Positions 61,927-64,000 of a stretch of DNA of 64,000 nt are shown here, piece by piece. This DNA is from a virus. Position numbers and translations under genes: made by a program. How positions within the stretch are numbered: position 1 is the stretch's first letter; the number at the start of each line of letters is the position of its first letter. The stretch lies in IMG/VR virus record IMGVR_UViG_3300036761_001580, positions 5,198 through 69,197 of that record; one strand, 5' to 3'. Below the pieces are notes generated by a model, which was not told where the DNA came from, ran no database searches, and was given only the letters and a program-made list of their open reading frames with translations.

Positions 61927-62454
61927 CTATGTCAGCCTCTCGACCTTCGTCAGCCTGTTCACGCAGGTCGGGCACATGAACTCCACATCGAGGTGGTTCT
62001 CCGGTGCGTAGCCGTTGACGTGTATGGCCCTCAGCTTACGCCTTCCGAGCTTGTCCTCTCCAGGGTCGACCCCACACCGAGAACATCCGGAGGGTACCTG
62101 AAGCTCACCACTCTTGATCGCGCCCTCTACGGCTTTCTGCGCCTTCCTTGCATTCATCCCGTGCTCGGTGTGTGCCTTTCTATGGAGGCTCTCTCTGTAC
62201 TCTGGGCGTGACGAGCTTTCGTTCACTATGTCGCGCCTCTTCTGCGCGAAACCCTCATCCTCCTCGATCTTCTTCTGCACTGCCTTGTAGTGCCGCCCAT
62301 CACAGGCAACACCTTTGGCAGAGCACCTGTAACGCGCAGAAACGGTCGCGTTGCACGCCTTGCAAATGCTTCGGTGCCCGTCCTTCTTCGAAGAGTCCAA
62401 CGCGAACTCCTGAAGAGGCTTGATCCCCTTGCACATGGGGCACTTCTTCTTCAT
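61927..62454 (-). CDS. HNH-like zinc-finger endonuclease candidate
   Basis: Start MKKKCPMCKG. CSRCG...RAIHVNGYAPENHLDVEFMCPTCVN fits the loose HNH pattern (C..C...H..N..H...C..C). Confidence 0.35.
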   Translation of the reverse strand: MKKKCPMCKGIKPLQEFALDSSKKDGHRSICKACNATVSARYRCSAKGVACDGRHYKAVQKKIEEDEGFAQKRRDIVNESSSRPEYRESLHRKAHTEHGMNARKAQKAVEGAIKSGELQVPSGCSRCGVDPGEDKLGRRKLRAIHVNGYAPENHLDVEFMCPTCVNRLTKVERLT

Positions 62455-62480
62455 GCGCCACCTTCCTCTTCTCTCATGGT

Positions 62481-62765
62481 CTACAGCTCCTTGAACTCCG
62501 CAGTCCACCCGCATTTCAGGCAGATCAGCCTCCAGAGCCCCGTGTGAACCGTCGCGCCGCCGCACTGCCGCGGCACGTCGGAAGGCAACGGCACCTCCTT
62601 CAGCTCCCAACCCTTGGCACCCTCCTCAGCCCCAGTGTCGAGGTACTCCTGCCGGCACCACGGGCACGCCCGAAAGCGTGGAAACAGTGTGCCCGGGGCA
62701 TACTGGGGGAAGATGGGGTCATCCCCCACCTCGTACGCGATCTGCCGACGTATCTTCTCGCTCAT
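62481..62765 (-). CDS. Small zinc-ribbon protein
   Basis: CPWCRQ...CLKCGW. Confidence 0.35.
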   Translation of the reverse strand: MSEKIRRQIAYEVGDDPIFPQYAPGTLFPRFRACPWCRQEYLDTGAEEGAKGWELKEVPLPSDVPRQCGGATVHTGLWRLICLKCGWTAEFKEL

Positions 62766-62800
62766 ACCACCCTCCAGGTCATTGGATCGTCGCGGTTATC

Positions 62801-62829
62801 ATATATACACCAGCCTGGCGGAGAGATCA
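62801..62829 (-). promoter_or_regulatory. Sigma70-like promoter TTGATC-N17-TATATA
   Basis: Minus reading gaagTTGATCtctccgccaggctggtgTATATAtga. Confidence 0.4.
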
Positions 62830-62833
62830 ACTT

Positions 62834-62863
62834 CTTTAGAAACAGAAGATCTCTTTGTAGTAT
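62834..62863 (+). promoter_or_regulatory. Late-type promoter motif in plus orientation (TTTAGAAAC-N-TAGTATA)
   Basis: cTTTAGAAACagaagatctctttgTAGTATAgtc. Same bipartite motif as upstream of the leftward structural operons. Confidence 0.4.
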
Positions 62864-62896
62864 AGTCGAGCCTCGTACAGGAGGTCCCCCCCCCCC

Positions 62897-64000
62897 GTGG
62901 TCTCGAAGGTCTTCAGCCTCCCAAAGCTCTCCGACTCCTCGTTGGGGAGGATCCAGGCGTCCTTGAACCCCCGGCAGGCCGAATCCGGAGACGAGGAGGC
63001 CCACCGGGACTACGAAGAGTACCTGCGCCAGCTCGAAGAGGTTCTGAACGCCTCCGGGGTCGAGTACGACGCAACGATCATCGGTGAGGTTCCAGAGGGG
63101 CCCATCCTCCTGTACAGGCCTCTCGACGAGGGCCACGGCGACAAGCACCTCCTTTGCATCTCCGGTCAGCACGGAGAGGAGCTTGCCGGCCCTTGGGCGC
63201 TCCTCGAAGGCCTCCGACAGTGCCCCGAGGTGCTGCAAAAGCACAACGTGTCGATCATCCCTGTGGGCAACCCTACAGGCTTCGTCACCGGAGATCGGAA
63301 CGGCCACGGCGGCAAGAAGACGAACTGGATGCTGGACGACGACATGCAGCTCAGGACCGGTCCCGAGGTAGGTCCCGAGGTACAGGCTCTCATCGATCAC
63401 TGCGATCTTCTGAGCAGCGAGTGCGCCCAGGACGGTCTCCTGAACGTCCACGAGGACAACACCTCCCAGGGGTTCTACCTGTACGTGTTCGGAGACACCA
63501 GCAGCCCTGTGGTGGACGACATGCTGCAAGCTGGGCTCCAAGAGTTCGAGTTCAAGAAGGACGGAACGTACCACGATAATGATTCCTACGATCTGGAGGA
63601 CGGCGTCGTCGACAACCACCCGGATCACTCCTTCGATCACTACGCCTACTCCGAAGGTACCTCACTGGCGGTCACGATAGAGCTTCCGGCCACCAAGGGG
63701 ATCGAGTTCGATCAGCGCGTACGATCCGGAGCAGCCATGGTCAGTGCGTTCTTGCAGGGCCTGAAGAAAACGAAGACCTCCAGGAGACGCAAAGTGGGAG
63801 ACGACAAGATCTACTACCCTCCGTCCCCCCGCGATCCGCGGTACAACTACCCCAACCCCGGGGACACCATGAACTACATCCCGGAGGTAGGTGATCTCCG
63901 AGAAGTGACAACGTACGAAGAGCTGGAAGACCTCTTGAGAACCCGGGAAGAAGACCTTGAGCAAGCACAAGCCCATCTGGAGCAGCGTCAAGCCGAGCTG
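62897..64000 (+). CDS. M14-family zinc peptidase (AstE/AspA/MpaA-like), partial; endolysin candidate
   Basis: Own translation from GTG 62897 stays open to the window end. LCISGQHGEELAGPWALLEGL (H-x-x-E zinc site) and later E/H residues fit the M14 fold. AGGAGG followed by a C11 tract precedes the start. Confidence 0.45.
   Translation, partial: MVSKVFSLPKLSDSSLGRIQASLNPRQAESGDEEAHRDYEEYLRQLEEVLNASGVEYDATIIGEVPEGPILLYRPLDEGHGDKHLLCISGQHGEELAGPWALLEGLRQCPEVLQKHNVSIIPVGNPTGFVTGDRNGHGGKKTNWMLDDDMQLRTGPEVGPEVQALIDHCDLLSSECAQDGLLNVHEDNTSQGFYLYVFGDTSSPVVDDMLQAGLQEFEFKKDGTYHDNDSYDLEDGVVDNHPDHSFDHYAYSEGTSLAVTIELPATKGIEFDQRVRSGAAMVSAFLQGLKKTKTSRRRKVGDDKIYYPPSPRDPRYNYPNPGDTMNYIPEVGDLREVTTYEELEDLLRTREEDLEQAQAHLEQRQAEL

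Noticed and set aside
56000-62800. Search for cas1, cas2, cas4 or Cas6-like genes around the array
   Set aside because: No ORF with integrase-like Cas1 motifs, a small Cas2-like endoribonuclease, or a RecB-like Cas4 with a four-Cys cluster was recognisable. Neighbours are coiled-coil, zinc-ribbon or structural proteins. The adaptation module is therefore reported as absent from the window, not inferred present.
62762-63640. 292-aa minus-strand ORF and plus ORFs 63084..63371 / 63154..63579
   Set aside because: Val/Leu/Gly/Arg-rich antisense artefacts. The plus-strand frame starting at 62897 encodes a coherent M14 peptidase-like protein and has a promoter and RBS.
1-64000. tRNA or tmRNA genes, and integrase/attachment sites
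   Set aside because: No cloverleaf-compatible 70-90-nt segment or tyrosine/serine recombinase motif was found on manual inspection. A systematic tRNAscan or recombinase search was not possible, so absence is provisional.

Overview
High-GC (~60-65%) double-stranded DNA that is phage-like across all 64 kb; no host housekeeping genes were recognised. Domain names below are assigned from motifs read in the translations, not from any database search.

Layout:
- 1-33.6 kb runs leftward (minus strand). It holds a virion/late module: a large terminase and at least seven repeat-rich tail-fibre/tail-spike genes (one a beta-helix tailspike). Mixed in are a thermonuclease, thymidylate kinase, a LexA-like winged-HTH protein plus a small ABC-type ATPase on an AT-rich island, and a ~0.9 kb non-coding iteron/palindrome region that may be an origin or packaging site.
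- 33.6-39.4 kb is a leftward block of small early genes (HTH regulators, a ParB-like protein, a lipoprotein, zinc-ribbon proteins).
- 39.4-56.6 kb is a rightward block. It includes a DEDDh exonuclease, an RtcB RNA ligase, an RHH protein, a possible ribosome-modulation-factor-like protein and a protein with a nucleoside-2-deoxyribosyltransferase-like domain.

Two promoter classes recur:
- A sigma70-like extended motif, cCTCTTGACTtcc-N16/17-TATAGT/TATATA, upstream of the early/middle genes on both strands.
- A second bipartite motif, TTTA(A/G)AAATCC-N11-14-TAGTATA, upstream of the structural (late) operons.

Main finding: at 56.6-61.0 kb there is a 36-repeat CRISPR array (36-bp repeats). Directly beside it sits a 610-aa Cas12/TnpB-like RuvC nuclease with its own early-type promoter. 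No cas1, cas2 or cas4 is visible in the window. This looks like a compact, adaptation-less type V CRISPR-Cas system carried by the phage itself.

The array is a mosaic of at least four repeat families. The families show compensatory stem mutations. Several repeats are chimeric, several spacers are truncated, and the 5' end of the array overlaps the 3' end of the upstream ORF.
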